A DNA stretch of 63,593 nucleotides, counting the filler, from Licmophora abbreviata (Eukaryota), in NCBI GenBank assembly GCA_900291995.1. It is 17 parts of 17 records of this genome, joined end to end, with 100 filler letters (N's around TTAATTAATTAA, not from the genome) between each part and the next. Parts side by side here need not be neighbours in the genome. Positions count along the whole stretch, not along the records: positions 36,529 to 40,719 come from OLMU01004545.1; positions 40,820 to 44,972 come from OLMU01004546.1; positions 45,073 to 48,539 come from OLMU01004547.1; positions 48,640 to 50,063 come from OLMU01004548.1; positions 50,164 to 58,818 come from OLMU01004549.1; 12 more parts are not named here. One strand, written 5' to 3'. Both the position numbers and the translations under genes were made by a program. Positions 39,621 to 50,685 of this stretch are shown piece after piece. Positions within the stretch are counted from its first letter, which is position 1, and each line of letters opens with the position of its first letter. Below the pieces are notes generated by a model. The model searched no databases and was not told the DNA's origin. It saw only the letters and a program-made list of their open reading frames with translations.

Positions 39621-40166
39621 TCAGGCGCGCGACAGAACGCTCGAGGGGCGCGCTTTGTAAAGTGCCGCGGTTAGCGCCGCGGCAAGCCCCGCCTTGATAA
39701 GATCGCCCGGGATGAACGGCGCCATCGACAGCGTGGCCTGGGTCACGGTGAGATCGAGGATCGCCGCCATCCCGAGGATGCCAGGGATATAGAGCACCAG
39801 GATCCCGCCGATCACCGCCGCGCAGATCGCGGCGGGAAAGACCGGCGCGCCGCGCATCCGTTCCATGATCCACCCGGTGACGAAGGCCGCGATCGGAAAG
39901 CCGATCAGAAAGCCCACTGTCGGCCCGGCAAAGACGCCCAGACCGCCGCGCCCGCCCGCCAGAAGCGGCAGGCCAAGCGCCACCAGCCCCAGAAACAGCA
40001 ACACCGCCAGCGCCCCGCGCCGCGCCCCAAGGATCGTGCCGCAGAGCATGATCCCCATGCCCTGCGCGGTGATCGGGATCCCCGAGGCCAGCGTGAATTT
40101 CGGCACCAGCCCCAACACCGCGATCAGTGCGGCGAAAAGGGCGATGAGTGTGACCTGTCGTTCCAT
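39621..40166 (-). CDS. bioY: Biotin ECF transporter S component BioY
   Basis: IPITAQ, GLPLLAGGRGG, GPTVGFLIGF, PFIPGDLIK. Confidence 0.93.
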   Translation of the reverse strand: MERQVTLIALFAALIAVLGLVPKFTLASGIPITAQGMGIMLCGTILGARRGALAVLLFLGLVALGLPLLAGGRGGLGVFAGPTVGFLIGFPIAAFVTGWIMERMRGAPVFPAAICAAVIGGILVLYIPGILGMAAILDLTVTQATLSMAPFIPGDLIKAGLAAALTAALYKARPSSVLSRA

Positions 40167-40196
40167 GCGTCCTGTTCCCTTCCTTGTCTGTCCTGT

Positions 40197-40719
40197 TCAA
40201 TCCATATCAAATCCACCGCGCGCGCGCAGCGCCTCGGCGACATGTTCGGCGTCATCCACCGCCACCAGCGTGATCGGCAGCGCCACCTGCCAGCCGGGCC
40301 GCCGCGGGCTGCGCGCGCGCCAAGCGTCGATCAGCAGCCGGGCCTTGTCCAGCATCACGGGGATGAAGCGCACCACCAGCACGATGGCAAAGCCGATGGG
40401 CGCCGTTCTGACCCCCAGCCGTTTGAGCGGCGACAGACCCCACATCACCACCTCGACCAGATCGTCGAAGCGGCTGGTCATGGTCACCAGATTGGCCAGC
40501 GCCACCGCCGCGATCAGCCGTAGTGCTATGACCGTGCCCGCCCGCAGATCGCCGGTCAGCCCATGCCACGCGAGCACCAGCGCCACGAAAAACCACACCG
40601 GCGTCAGAAGGCCCAGCCCCGCGCGCGCGAACCGCCATCCCGGCACAAGGTAAAGCCCCGCGACCGCCGCATTGGCCAGCGCCATCGCCGCGACGCTGTC
40701 GAGCAAGAAGAGCGCGACC
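40197..40719 (-). CDS. bioN: ECF transmembrane component BioN, 3' part
   Basis: RFIP, AWRAR, ALRARG ECF-T motifs. Confidence 0.88.
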
Positions 40720-40819
40720 NNNNNNNNNNNNNNNNNNNNNNNNNNNNNNNNNNNNNNNNNNNNTTAATTAATTAANNNNNNNNNNNNNNNNNNNNNNNNN
40801 NNNNNNNNNNNNNNNNNNN

Positions 40820-41405
40820 GCGAGACGTGGATCACCTGTGCCGGCACCGCATCCAGATAGCGCCGCAGCGCCCGCGTCGTCGGCAGGTCCAGCCCCGCAA
40901 ACGGCTCGTCCAGCACGATGACGCGCGGCGCCATTGCCAGCACCGACATCAGGCAGACCAGATGCCGTTGGCCTTGCGACAGGGTCGCCACCGGCCGCTC
41001 GGACCAATCGGCGCGCGCGAATCGCGCCAGCATCGCATGCGCCTCGGCGCGTGCGGCGGTCTTGTCATGGCCCAGCTGGCGCAGGCCGAAGGCCAGCTCT
41101 TCCTCGACGGTGGGAAAGATGATCTGGTGATCGGGGTTCTGGAACAGGATGCCCACCGTGCGGATCGCGGCCTTGCGGTCGCGGGCGACATCCACGCCCG
41201 CCACCGTCACCCGTCCCGCATCGGGCGCGATCAGCCCCGCGATCAGCCGCGACAGCGTCGTCTTGCCCGAGCCGTTGCGCCCCACGATGCCGATCCGCCG
41301 TTCCGACAGCGTCAGGCTCAGGTCGCGCAGCACAGTGCGGGCGCCGAAGCCGTGGCTTACCCCCGTCAGGCGCACCGGTCCCATCGCTGTGCTGTCTGGC
41401 GTCAT
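40820..41405 (-). CDS. bioM: ECF ATPase BioM, 5' part
   Basis: GRNGSGKTT, FQNPDHQII, LSQGQ, LDEP. Confidence 0.9.
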
Positions 41406-41492
41406 CCTGTTGTCCCGCGTCCCGAACGCTGCTGAACCGGTGCAATATCGCGCCGGCCACGGACTTGCCAGTGCAAACACCGGGTCCCGGCT

Positions 41493-41506
41493 TTGACTGA
41501 CGTCAA
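41493..41506. promoter_or_regulatory. CRP/FNR-family (FnrL/FixK/DNR-type) box
   Basis: TTGAC-TGAC-GTCAA, symmetric variant of TTGAT-N4-ATCAA, 84 bp upstream of ATG 41590. Confidence 0.65.
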
Positions 41507-41589
41507 TTCCCGGTGGCTTGCCCTGCGTTAAGCTCGTTGCGCAGGCCGTTTTACCGGCATTCCAGCAACAGGAGGCAGCGACCCGCATC

Positions 41590-44076
41590 ATGAGCGATAC
41601 CTCAGATCCCGCCGATGGCCCCGAACTCCCGCAGCCGCTTGGGGCGGAGGTGCTCTGCGTCCCGGTCACGGCGGCGGATTTCGACTTCGCCACCACCGCC
41701 GATCTCGAGCCCGATATCGGCTGGCTGGGTCAGGAGCGCGCGGTGGATGCGATCCGCATGGCCGCCGAAATACCGCATGGCGATTTCAACGCCTTCGTGC
41801 TGGGGACGCCCGGAAGCGGTCGGCACCGGATCGTGCGCGCCATTCTGGCGCAGGCCGCCGCGGCCCGCGCGCGGCCAAGTGATTGGGTCTACGTGAATAA
41901 TTTCGACGCACCCGACAAGCCGCGCGCGATCGAACTGCCCCCCGGTCAGGCCAGCCGCTTCTGCAAGGCGATGGAGCATCTGATCGACGAATTGGCCAAT
42001 GACATCCCGGCGATCTTCGAATCCGAGGATTACCAGACCCGCCGCAACGCCATCGAACAGGACTTCGCCGATCTGCACGAGGCCGAGATGTCGCAGCTCT
42101 TCGAGCGCGCCCGCGGCCGGGGCGTGGCCATCCTGCGCACGCCGATGGGCTTCACCGTTGCCGGGCTGCATGGCGGCGAGGTGCTCACCCCCGACAAATA
42201 CGGGGCGCTCTCCGAAGACGAGCAGGCCCGCGTCGATGCCGCCGTCGATGAGACCCAAGGTGAGCTGGCCGAGGTGCTCAAGGCCGCGCCTGCGCTCGAG
42301 AAACAGCACCGCGCCCGCGTCGAGAGCCTGAATGTCGAGATGGCCACCGCCGGGGTGGATGCCGCCATCGCCGAAGTGGCCGAGGCGTTCCGCGATCACG
42401 CCCCGGTGCGCGCGCATCTCGACCGGGTGCGCGCCGATCTGATCGAGAACGCCCAGCTTTTTCTGATCCGCGACGAGCAGATGCAGGGCGGCCCCTTTCC
42501 CGGCCCCACAAGCAAGCATTACGCGCGGCCCCAGTTTCAGCGCTACGCCGTCAACGTGATGGTCGCGCATGACGGGGCAGGGCAGGGAGAGGCCGCCCCC
42601 GACACCCAAGGCGCCCCGGTGATCGAAGAATCACTGCCCACCTTGGGCAACCTGATCGGGCGTATCGAATATGCGTCGGAAATGGGCGCGCTCGTCACCA
42701 ATTTCACCATGATAAAACCCGGTGCGCTGCACCGCGCCAATGGTGGGTTTCTGGTGCTCGACGCGCTGCATGTGCTGCAGGAACCCTTCGCCTGGGACGC
42801 GCTCAAGCGCTGCCTGCGCACCGGGGAGATCTCGATTTATTCGCCCGGCGAGCGGCTCAGCCTGATTTCCACCGTGTCGCTCGATCCCGATCCGATCCCG
42901 CTCAAGACCCGGGTGGTGCTGGTGGGCGAGCGGCTGCATTACTATCTTCTGGCGGCCTATGATCCGGATTTCGCGCATCTGTTCAAGCTGCAGGCCGATC
43001 TTAACGATCACATGCCGGCGGGCGAAGACCACCGGCAGGGCTATGCGAGGATGCTGGGCAGCCTGGCGCATGACGCGGGCATTCGTCCCCTTGAGCCGGG
43101 CGCCGTGGCCGCCACCTTGCGCGAAAGCACCCGGCTTGCGGGCGATGCGGAACGCTTCACGCTCGACACCGACACCCTGTCGGACATCCTGCGCGAGGCC
43201 GATCACTGGGCCGATGGCAACGATCACGGCGCGATCACCGCCGCCGATATCGACCGCGCCATCGCCGAACGCGACCGCCGCGCCAGCCGCCTGCGCGATC
43301 TTTCCCACGAGGCGATCACCCGAAAGACCGTGCTGATCGACACTGACGGGGCACGGATCGGCCAGATCAACGCGCTTTCGGTGCTGCAGATCGGCGGCAC
43401 CGCCTTCGGACAGCCCTCCCGGCTCACCGCGCGCACCCGGATGGGCAGCGGCAAACTGGTGGATATCGAACGCGAAACCGAGCTGGGCGGCCCGATCCAC
43501 TCCAAGGGCGTGCTGATCCTTCAGGGCTATCTTGCCAGCAGCTTCGCAACCGACGCGCCGATGTCGCTCTGGGCCAGTCTGGTGTTCGAACAAAGCTATG
43601 GCGGTGTGGATGGCGACAGCGCCTCGGCGGCCGAGTTGCTGGCGCTGATCTCGTCGCTGGCCGAGGCGCCCATCGATCAGTCCTTCGCGATCACCGGATC
43701 GGTCAACCAGTTCGGCGATATTCAGGCGATCGGCGGGGTCAATGAAAAGATCGAAGGCTTCTTCGACATCTGCGCCGCCCGTGGCCTGACGGGGCGGCAA
43801 GGCGTGCTGATCCCCGCGGCCAATGTCAAGCATCTCGCCCTGCGCGCCCGGGTGATCGACGCGGTCCGCGACCGCCGTTTCCGCATCCTCCCGATGCGCA
43901 GCGTCTCGGATGCCATCGCCGTGCTCATGGGGGCTGAGGCAGGCCAGCGAGACGCCGACGGCGCCTATCCCCAAGACAGCATCAACGCCCGCGTCGAGGC
44001 CCGCCTCCGCGCCTTCGCCGAAGCACGGCGTGCCTATGTCAAACAGGCGGTCGAGCCGCCGGGAGGCACGCCATGA
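41590..44076 (+). CDS. Lon-like (S16) protease with AAA-type domain and coiled-coil insert
   Basis: GQERA, GALHRANGGFL, GQINAL, IHSKG, FEQSYGGVDGDSAS (Ser), GVNEKIEGFF (Lys). Confidence 0.9.
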   Translation: MSDTSDPADGPELPQPLGAEVLCVPVTAADFDFATTADLEPDIGWLGQERAVDAIRMAAEIPHGDFNAFVLGTPGSGRHRIVRAILAQAAAARARPSDWVYVNNFDAPDKPRAIELPPGQASRFCKAMEHLIDELANDIPAIFESEDYQTRRNAIEQDFADLHEAEMSQLFERARGRGVAILRTPMGFTVAGLHGGEVLTPDKYGALSEDEQARVDAAVDETQGELAEVLKAAPALEKQHRARVESLNVEMATAGVDAAIAEVAEAFRDHAPVRAHLDRVRADLIENAQLFLIRDEQMQGGPFPGPTSKHYARPQFQRYAVNVMVAHDGAGQGEAAPDTQGAPVIEESLPTLGNLIGRIEYASEMGALVTNFTMIKPGALHRANGGFLVLDALHVLQEPFAWDALKRCLRTGEISIYSPGERLSLISTVSLDPDPIPLKTRVVLVGERLHYYLLAAYDPDFAHLFKLQADLNDHMPAGEDHRQGYARMLGSLAHDAGIRPLEPGAVAATLRESTRLAGDAERFTLDTDTLSDILREADHWADGNDHGAITAADIDRAIAERDRRASRLRDLSHEAITRKTVLIDTDGARIGQINALSVLQIGGTAFGQPSRLTARTRMGSGKLVDIERETELGGPIHSKGVLILQGYLASSFATDAPMSLWASLVFEQSYGGVDGDSASAAELLALISSLAEAPIDQSFAITGSVNQFGDIQAIGGVNEKIEGFFDICAARGLTGRQGVLIPAANVKHLALRARVIDAVRDRRFRILPMRSVSDAIAVLMGAEAGQRDADGAYPQDSINARVEARLRAFAEARRAYVKQAVEPPGGTP

Positions 44077-44849
44077 GGCCCGGTGACCGCCGCGTGCGGG
44101 TGATCCTTGGGGCGACCTGCTCGGTCGATGCGATCGGCACCTTGCAGATTGCCGTGCAGATCGCCCGCCGCCGGGGCGCTGACCTGCATGGCCTTCTGGT
44201 CACCGACGAGGCGATCCTCGCCGCGGCCTCGGGGCCGCGCGCCCGTGCCGTGGGCTTCTTCGGCGGGCAGATCGCGCCGATCACCGCCGAAAGGATGCTC
44301 GATGCGTTCCGCGCGGATGCGCGCCGCTTCGAACAAGGGCTGTTGCGCGCGGCTCAGGCGGCCTCTGTCCATGCCGCGTTCCGGCAGGCGCAAGGCCGGC
44401 TCGCGACCGCGCTTGACGAAGGCGCAGGGGCCGGCGATCTGCTGGTCTATGGGTTCGCCCGCCCCGAGCGCGGCGCCGATTGCGTGGTACTGCTCTCCGA
44501 TGGCACGGCGCCCGCCGCCGATCTGCTCGAGCTTGCGGCACAGCTTGCCGCCTATCCGGACAGGCCGCTGGTGGTGCTGGCCCCGCCCGGCGGGGAGGCC
44601 GCGCTGAAGGCCGCTCTTGCCGCCCATGCGCCCGCTGTCTCTCACGCCCCTGTGCTTGTTCCCGTCGCCGACATGTCGGCGCTTCTGGCGCAGCTGGAAC
44701 GCCGCCGCCCCGCCGCCGTGATCGCCGCCGCCCCCCGCGCGGCATTGCCGCCGGTTGGCCGCCTTCTCGATGCCGCGCGCTGCCCGGTGATCTTTCCCGC
44801 CGATCCATCCGTCGCGATCTCGCCCCCGTCAGACCGGGCAGGCAGCTAG
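44073..44849 (+). CDS. Hypothetical protein, possibly UspA-fold
   Basis: AVQIARRRGADLHGLLV, GDLLVYG, ARCPV resemble Usp elements; ATGA overlap with protease gene. Confidence 0.55.
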   Translation: MRPGDRRVRVILGATCSVDAIGTLQIAVQIARRRGADLHGLLVTDEAILAAASGPRARAVGFFGGQIAPITAERMLDAFRADARRFEQGLLRAAQAASVHAAFRQAQGRLATALDEGAGAGDLLVYGFARPERGADCVVLLSDGTAPAADLLELAAQLAAYPDRPLVVLAPPGGEAALKAALAAHAPAVSHAPVLVPVADMSALLAQLERRRPAAVIAAAPRAALPPVGRLLDAARCPVIFPADPSVAISPPSDRAGS

Positions 44850-44852
44850 GCC

Positions 44853-45699
44853 ATGTCCGAACCTTCCGTCATCTTCCGCACCGAAGGGCTGACCAAGGTC
44901 TATGACACCGGCGCGCTCAAGGTGCATGCCCTCGCCGGTGTGGATATCCAGCTTTATGCCGGAGAATTGGCCNNNNNNNNNNNNNNNNNNNNNNNNNNNN
45001 NNNNNNNNNNNNNNNNTTAATTAATTAANNNNNNNNNNNNNNNNNNNNNNNNNNNNNNNNNNNNNNNNNNNNGTGGATATCCAGCTTTATGCCGGAGAAT
45101 TGGCCGTTCTTCTCGGCCCCTCCGGCAGCGGCAAATCCACGCTTCTCAACATCCTTGGCGGGCTGGACCACGCCACCTCGGGCCGTGTGTGGTTCCGCGA
45201 CACCGAATTGACGCAACTGGGTGACCGGGGGCTGACCCGCTACCGGCGCGATCATGTGGGCTTCGTCTTTCAGTTCTACAACCTCGTGGCCAGCCTCACC
45301 GCGCGCGAGAACGTGCAGCTTGTCACCGATGTCGCCCGCAATCCGATGCGTCCCGAAGAGGCGCTCGAACAGGTCGGCCTCACGCATCGCATGGATCACT
45401 TTCCCGCCGAGATGTCGGGCGGCGAACAGCAGCGCGTCGCCATCGCCCGTGCCATCGCCAAACGCCCCGAAGTGCTGCTCTGCGACGAGCCGACCGGCGC
45501 GCTCGACAGCCAGACCGGCGTACAGGTGCTCGAGGCGCTCAAATCCATCAACGACACGCTCGGCACCACCACTGCCGTCATCACCCATAACGCCGCGATC
45601 CGGGGGATGGCGCATCGGGTGATCTGGTTCCGCGACGGGCGGATCGACCGGGTCGACTGCAACGACACCCGCATCGCCCCCTCCGAGATTTCATGGTGA
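44853..45699 (+). CDS. ABC transporter ATPase (LolD/MacB-like); contiguous once the overlap at linker 44973-45072 is merged
   Basis: [45 protein letters not shown]. Confidence 0.93.
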
Positions 45700-45703
45700 G
45701 CCG

Positions 45704-48067
45704 ATGAAAGCCCTTGATCGCAAGCTCTTGCGCGACTTTCGCCGCCTCTGCGCGCAGGCGGCGGCGATCGCTCTGGTGCTGGCCTGCGGCGTGGCGATCT
45801 TGATGACGAGTTTCGGCATGTATGGCGCGCTCGAAGACACGCGCGACGCCTATTACGACCGCAACCGCTTTGCCGATGTCTTCGCCGATGCGCGGCGCGT
45901 GCCCGACAGCGTGCTCACCGATATCCGCGCCATTCCCGGCGTCCGTCAGGCCGAGGCTCGGGTGATCGAGCATGTGATCCTCGATGTGCCGGGCCGGCCC
46001 GAGACGGTGACCGCGCGTGTGATCTCGCTGCCCGAGGCCTCCGCGCCGCTGCTCAACCTGCCCTTGCTGCGCTCAGGCCGGATGCCCGATCCCGCCGCCA
46101 CCGACGAGATCGCGGTCAATCATCCCTTTGCGCTCGCCAACGATCTGCGCCCCGGCGCGCGGCTGAGTGCCAATCTCGGCGGCCAGCGTCGCGATCTGAC
46201 CGTGACCGGCACGGTGCTGTCGCCCGAATTCATCTACACCATCGGCCCCGGCGCGCTGATGCCCGATAACCAAACCTTCGGCATCCTGTGGATGCCCGCG
46301 CGCATGGCCGATGCCGCCTTCGACATGGACGGCGCCTTCGACAACGTTACCCTCCGGCTCGATCCCCATGCGAGCCTCGAGGATGTCATCGACCGTCTGG
46401 ACCGTCTGCTTGAACCCTATGGCGGGCTGGGGGCTTACGGGCGTGACAGCCAGGTCTCGCACAGTTTCGTCGATGCCGAGATCGAGCAGCTGCGCACCAC
46501 CGCCCTGATCCTGCCGCCGATCTTCTTCGGCATCACCGCCTTTCTGGTGGGCATGGTGATCGGGCGGATCATCGCGCTTGAACGCTCTGAAATCGGGTTG
46601 CTCAAGGCCATCGGCTATTCCGACGTGGAAATCTGCGTGCATTACCTGATGCTGGCGGGGCTGATCGCGGTGGTGGGCACGGGGTTGGGCTGGGCCGTGG
46701 GCACCTGGCTCTCGCAGGCACTGGCCCGGCTTTATGCGCAGTTCTTCGATTTTCCCTACCTGATCTACCGGGTCGCCTATGACGCCTATGCGATCTCGGC
46801 GGGTCTCGCGCTGCTGAGCGCGGCGCTTGGGGCCGCGCGCAGCGCGCTCCATGCCGCGCGGATGCCGCCCGCCGTGGCGATGGCCCCTCCCGCCCCTCCG
46901 CGCTTCAAGCGCAGCGCGCTTGACCGGCTCCTGTCGCGTCTGCGCCTCTCCCAGCCGGTGATGATGATCCTTCGCGCGCTGATGCGCTGGCCGGTCCGCG
47001 CCGCCATGACGACGCTCGGCCTGTCTCTGGCGGTGGCGATCCTCGTGGCCTCGAGCTTCTTTTCCGACGCGCTCGACCGGCTGATCGACAGCGCCTTCAC
47101 ACAGTCCAACCGGCAGGACGCGATCCTTCTCTTCACCCCCGACATCCCCGAAACCGCGCTGTCCGAGGTGGCAAACCTGCCCGGTGTCCTGCGCGCCGAG
47201 GGCCAGATGTTCCAGGCCGCCGTGCTGCGCCATGGTCATCTGGAAAAGGACGTCCCCATCGAGGCCCGCCGCCCCGGCACCGACCTGTCGCGCATCATCG
47301 ACGGATCGGGCACGGTGCTCGACGCGCCCCCCGGCGGCATCCTTCTGTCCGAGCGTCTGGCCATGCACCTCGCCGCCCGCCCCGGCGATGTGATCGAGGT
47401 GACATTCCTTGGCGACCGTGGTGAAACCCACCGCGTGCATGTCGCGGGCCTCGTGCAGCAATATCTGGGCCTCGGCGCCTATATGGACCTCGCCACGCTC
47501 AACCGCCTCAAGCGACAGGCCCCGCGCATCACCGTCGCCAACCTGCTGATCGACGACGCCCACCTGCCCGAGCTTCACGCCGTGCTCAAACAGACCCCGG
47601 AACTCGGCGGGCTCATCATGCTGACCGAAATGCGCCGCTCGTTTCAGGACACGATCCGCGAGAACGTCACCATCATGACCAGCGTCTACATCACCATCGC
47701 CGTTCTGATCACCTTCGGCGTCGCCTATAACGGCGCCCGCATCCAGCTGTCGGAACGCGCCCGTGAACTGGCCAGCCTGCGCATCCTCGGCTTCACCCGC
47801 GCCGAGGTGTCCTTTGTCCTGATGGGCGAAACCCTGCTGCTGGCGGTGCTGGCGCAACCGCTTGGCTGGGCGCTTGGAGGGCTGATCGCCAAGGCGCTGG
47901 CGCGTGGCTCCACCTCGGATCTCTATGCCGTGCCGCTGGTGCTGGAGCCGTCGGGCTTTGCGCGCGCCAGCCTCGTGGTGCTGGCCGCCTCGCTGGTCTC
48001 CTCGCTGATCGTACGCCGCAGGCTGGACCGGCTCGATCTTGTCGACGTCATGAAAACAAGGGAGTAA
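45704..48067 (+). CDS. ABC permease, double FtsX/MacB-type
   Basis: Two FtsX repeats (ERSEIGLLKAIGY, ERARELASLRILGF) with large periplasmic domains. Confidence 0.92.
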   Translation: MKALDRKLLRDFRRLCAQAAAIALVLACGVAILMTSFGMYGALEDTRDAYYDRNRFADVFADARRVPDSVLTDIRAIPGVRQAEARVIEHVILDVPGRPETVTARVISLPEASAPLLNLPLLRSGRMPDPAATDEIAVNHPFALANDLRPGARLSANLGGQRRDLTVTGTVLSPEFIYTIGPGALMPDNQTFGILWMPARMADAAFDMDGAFDNVTLRLDPHASLEDVIDRLDRLLEPYGGLGAYGRDSQVSHSFVDAEIEQLRTTALILPPIFFGITAFLVGMVIGRIIALERSEIGLLKAIGYSDVEICVHYLMLAGLIAVVGTGLGWAVGTWLSQALARLYAQFFDFPYLIYRVAYDAYAISAGLALLSAALGAARSALHAARMPPAVAMAPPAPPRFKRSALDRLLSRLRLSQPVMMILRALMRWPVRAAMTTLGLSLAVAILVASSFFSDALDRLIDSAFTQSNRQDAILLFTPDIPETALSEVANLPGVLRAEGQMFQAAVLRHGHLEKDVPIEARRPGTDLSRIIDGSGTVLDAPPGGILLSERLAMHLAARPGDVIEVTFLGDRGETHRVHVAGLVQQYLGLGAYMDLATLNRLKRQAPRITVANLLIDDAHLPELHAVLKQTPELGGLIMLTEMRRSFQDTIRENVTIMTSVYITIAVLITFGVAYNGARIQLSERARELASLRILGFTRAEVSFVLMGETLLLAVLAQPLGWALGGLIAKALARGSTSDLYAVPLVLEPSGFARASLVVLAASLVSSLIVRRRLDRLDLVDVMKTRE

Positions 48068-48073
48068 TCCACC

Positions 48074-49355
48074 ATGGCCCTCAAGGCCCGTACCGGTCTC
48101 ACCGTCGCTCTTGGCGCAGCCCTCGCCCTTGGTCTTGGCTGGGTGGCCTTTCGCACCGATCCCGTGCCGGTCGATCTGCACCCGGTCGCGCGTGCGCCGA
48201 TGCAGGTCACGGTCGATGCCGATGCCCGCACCCGCATCGCCGAGATATACGAGGTGGCCGCGCCGATCTCGGGCATCGCCCAACGCTCCCCGGTCCGCGA
48301 AGGGGACCCGGTGATCGCCGGCGAAACCGTCGTCGCGATCGTCGAGCCTGCCGCCTCGAGCCTGCTGGATGCCCGCAGCCGCATTCAGGCCGAAGCCTCC
48401 GTCCGCGAGGCCGAGGCGGCGCTTTATGTTGCCCGCAGTCAGCTCGATCAGGCCGAAGAGGAAGTGACCTTCGCCCGCAGCGACTACCAGCGCACCAAGA
48501 CGCTGGTGGATCGTGGCGTGGCCTCCGTCGCCCGGCTCGNNNNNNNNNNNNNNNNNNNNNNNNNNNNNNNNNNNNNNNNNNNNTTAATTAATTAANNNNN
48601 NNNNNNNNNNNNNNNNNNNNNNNNNNNNNNNNNNNNNNNCCGGGGCCGAGGCCGCGCTGTCGAACCTCGAACGGGCCAACAGTGCCTTGGACCGCGCCCG
48701 CGCCGCCCTGATCGAACCGGGCGCGGATGACAGCCCTGCCGCCTCGTGCTGCGTGCGCCTGACCGCGCCCATTGATGGCCGCGTGCTCAGTGTCGAGACG
48801 GTCAGCGAACGGCCCGTCACCGCCGGCGCGCGGCTGGTCTCTGTGGGCCGTCCCGACGATCTCGAGATCGTCGCCGATCTTCTCTCCACCGATGCCGTGC
48901 GGCTCTCCGCCGGGATGCACGCCGAGGTCGCGCGTTGGGGCGGCCCCGGCACCCTCGCCGCGACCCTGACCAAGATCGAGCCGTCGGGCTATACTAAGGT
49001 CTCCGCGCTTGGCATCGAGGAACAGCGCGTCGATGCGATCTTTTCCATCGACACGCCGGTGGCCGACCGCTCCGCCTTGGGGGACGGGTTTTCGGTGTTC
49101 CTTCGGATCGTCGAATGGGAGGCTCCGGATGTGCTGCAAGTGCCGCTCGGCGCGATGTTCCGGCGCGGGCAGGATTGGGCGGTGTTCGTTGCCGCCCCCG
49201 ATGGCACCGCCCGCCTGCAGGTGATCGAGATCGGCCGCCGCAACGACCTGAGCGCGCAGGTGCTCTCGGGCCTTGTCGAAGGCCAGCAGGTCATCACCCA
49301 CCCTTCGGACACGATCTTTGACGGCGTGCCCATCGTCCGGCGCGCGGCACCCTGA
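48074..49355 (+). CDS. HlyD/MacA-family periplasmic adaptor (interrupted by linker 48540-48639)
   Basis: N-terminal anchor, VAAPISG, coiled coil, LTAPIDGRV, KVSALGIEEQRV. Confidence 0.9.
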
Positions 49356-49368
49356 CGCGCGCCGCCGC

Positions 49369-50470
49369 TCAGCCCGCCAGCGCCTGCACCGCCACCGCCC
49401 CGCCATAGATCAGCAACAGTGCCGTGCTTTCCAGTCCGATCCGGCCCGGCCCGTCGCGTTCCCGCACGATCAGCCCGATCAACAGGGTGCTCGTCATCAC
49501 CAGCCCCACCGCGATCCAGAACAGGTCCGCCGTCGTGATCGCATGATAGATCGACCCCTCGCGATACCCCGCATCCGCCGCCGTCAGGAACAGCACATCG
49601 AATGTGTTGCCGCCGATGATCCCGCCCACCGCCAGTTGCACCGCACCGCGCCGCACCGCGGCCAGCGTGGTGATAAGCTCCGGCAGCGACGTGGCCACCG
49701 CCGTCATCAGCGCGCCCACCACCGTCGCCGAAATCCCCAGCCGGGCCGACAATTGCACCCCGATCTTGGACATCATCCAGCCCGCCAGCCCCAGCACACA
49801 GGCCAAAAGCGCAAAGCGCACCAAAAGCGGGATCGGGCCGCGCGCGTGCTCCTGCCCTTCGTCGGGCCGGTCCTTGCGGGTGTACAGCGTCTGCACCGGA
49901 TGCCACATCGGCGCCGCGCGCACCCGCGCCGCGATCCGGATTCCCGCGACATAGATCACCGGCAGGACAAACGACACCGGATGGATCCCCAGCACCGACA
50001 CCTCCGGCATTGTGAATGCCGCCAGCGGCAGGCCCAGCATCAGCGTCAGCAGGCTCGCCTGATNNNNNNNNNNNNNNNNNNNNNNNNNNNNNNNNNNNNN
50101 NNNNNNNTTAATTAATTAANNNNNNNNNNNNNNNNNNNNNNNNNNNNNNNNNNNNNNNNNNNNGATTGGCCTTGCGATAGACCATATCCGCCAGAGCCAG
50201 AAACGCGGTCTGCGCCGCGATCCCGCCCACCGCATTGGAAAACGCGAGCGACGCCTCTCCGTCCAGTGCTGCGGTGACCGACACCACCGTGCCCGACAGC
50301 GACGTGGCCATGCCCAGAAGAACCGCCCCGGTGATCGCCTCTCCGATGCCGGTCTCGTCGGCCAGTTGATCGGCCTTTCCGGTCAGCTGCACGCCGACCA
50401 CGGCGATCACCCCGGCGACAATCACAAAACCGGCGATCAGGGCGGGCAGGGGCAGAGCGTCGAACCACAT
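49369..50470 (-). CDS. Sodium:calcium antiporter family protein (interrupted by linker 50064-50163)
   Basis: Alpha repeats GMATSLSG and AVATSLPEL...GGIIGGN. Confidence 0.88.
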
Positions 50471-50685
50471 GCGGCCCGTTGTGCAGATCGTGCCGCCGAA
50501 TGGCAATGCGCGCGCGCAATCCGCCGCGAACCGGGTGCATTTTCGCGATTTGTGTACGAGATGGACACAAATCCGGGGATCGCGATGCCGTTCGGTCCTA
50601 AAGCCGTGTAGGTTTCGTACGGATTGTACACAGCTTCGGATGCTCCGGGCTTCCCTGCGGCGGGATTTTGCGGCATCACTCGGAC

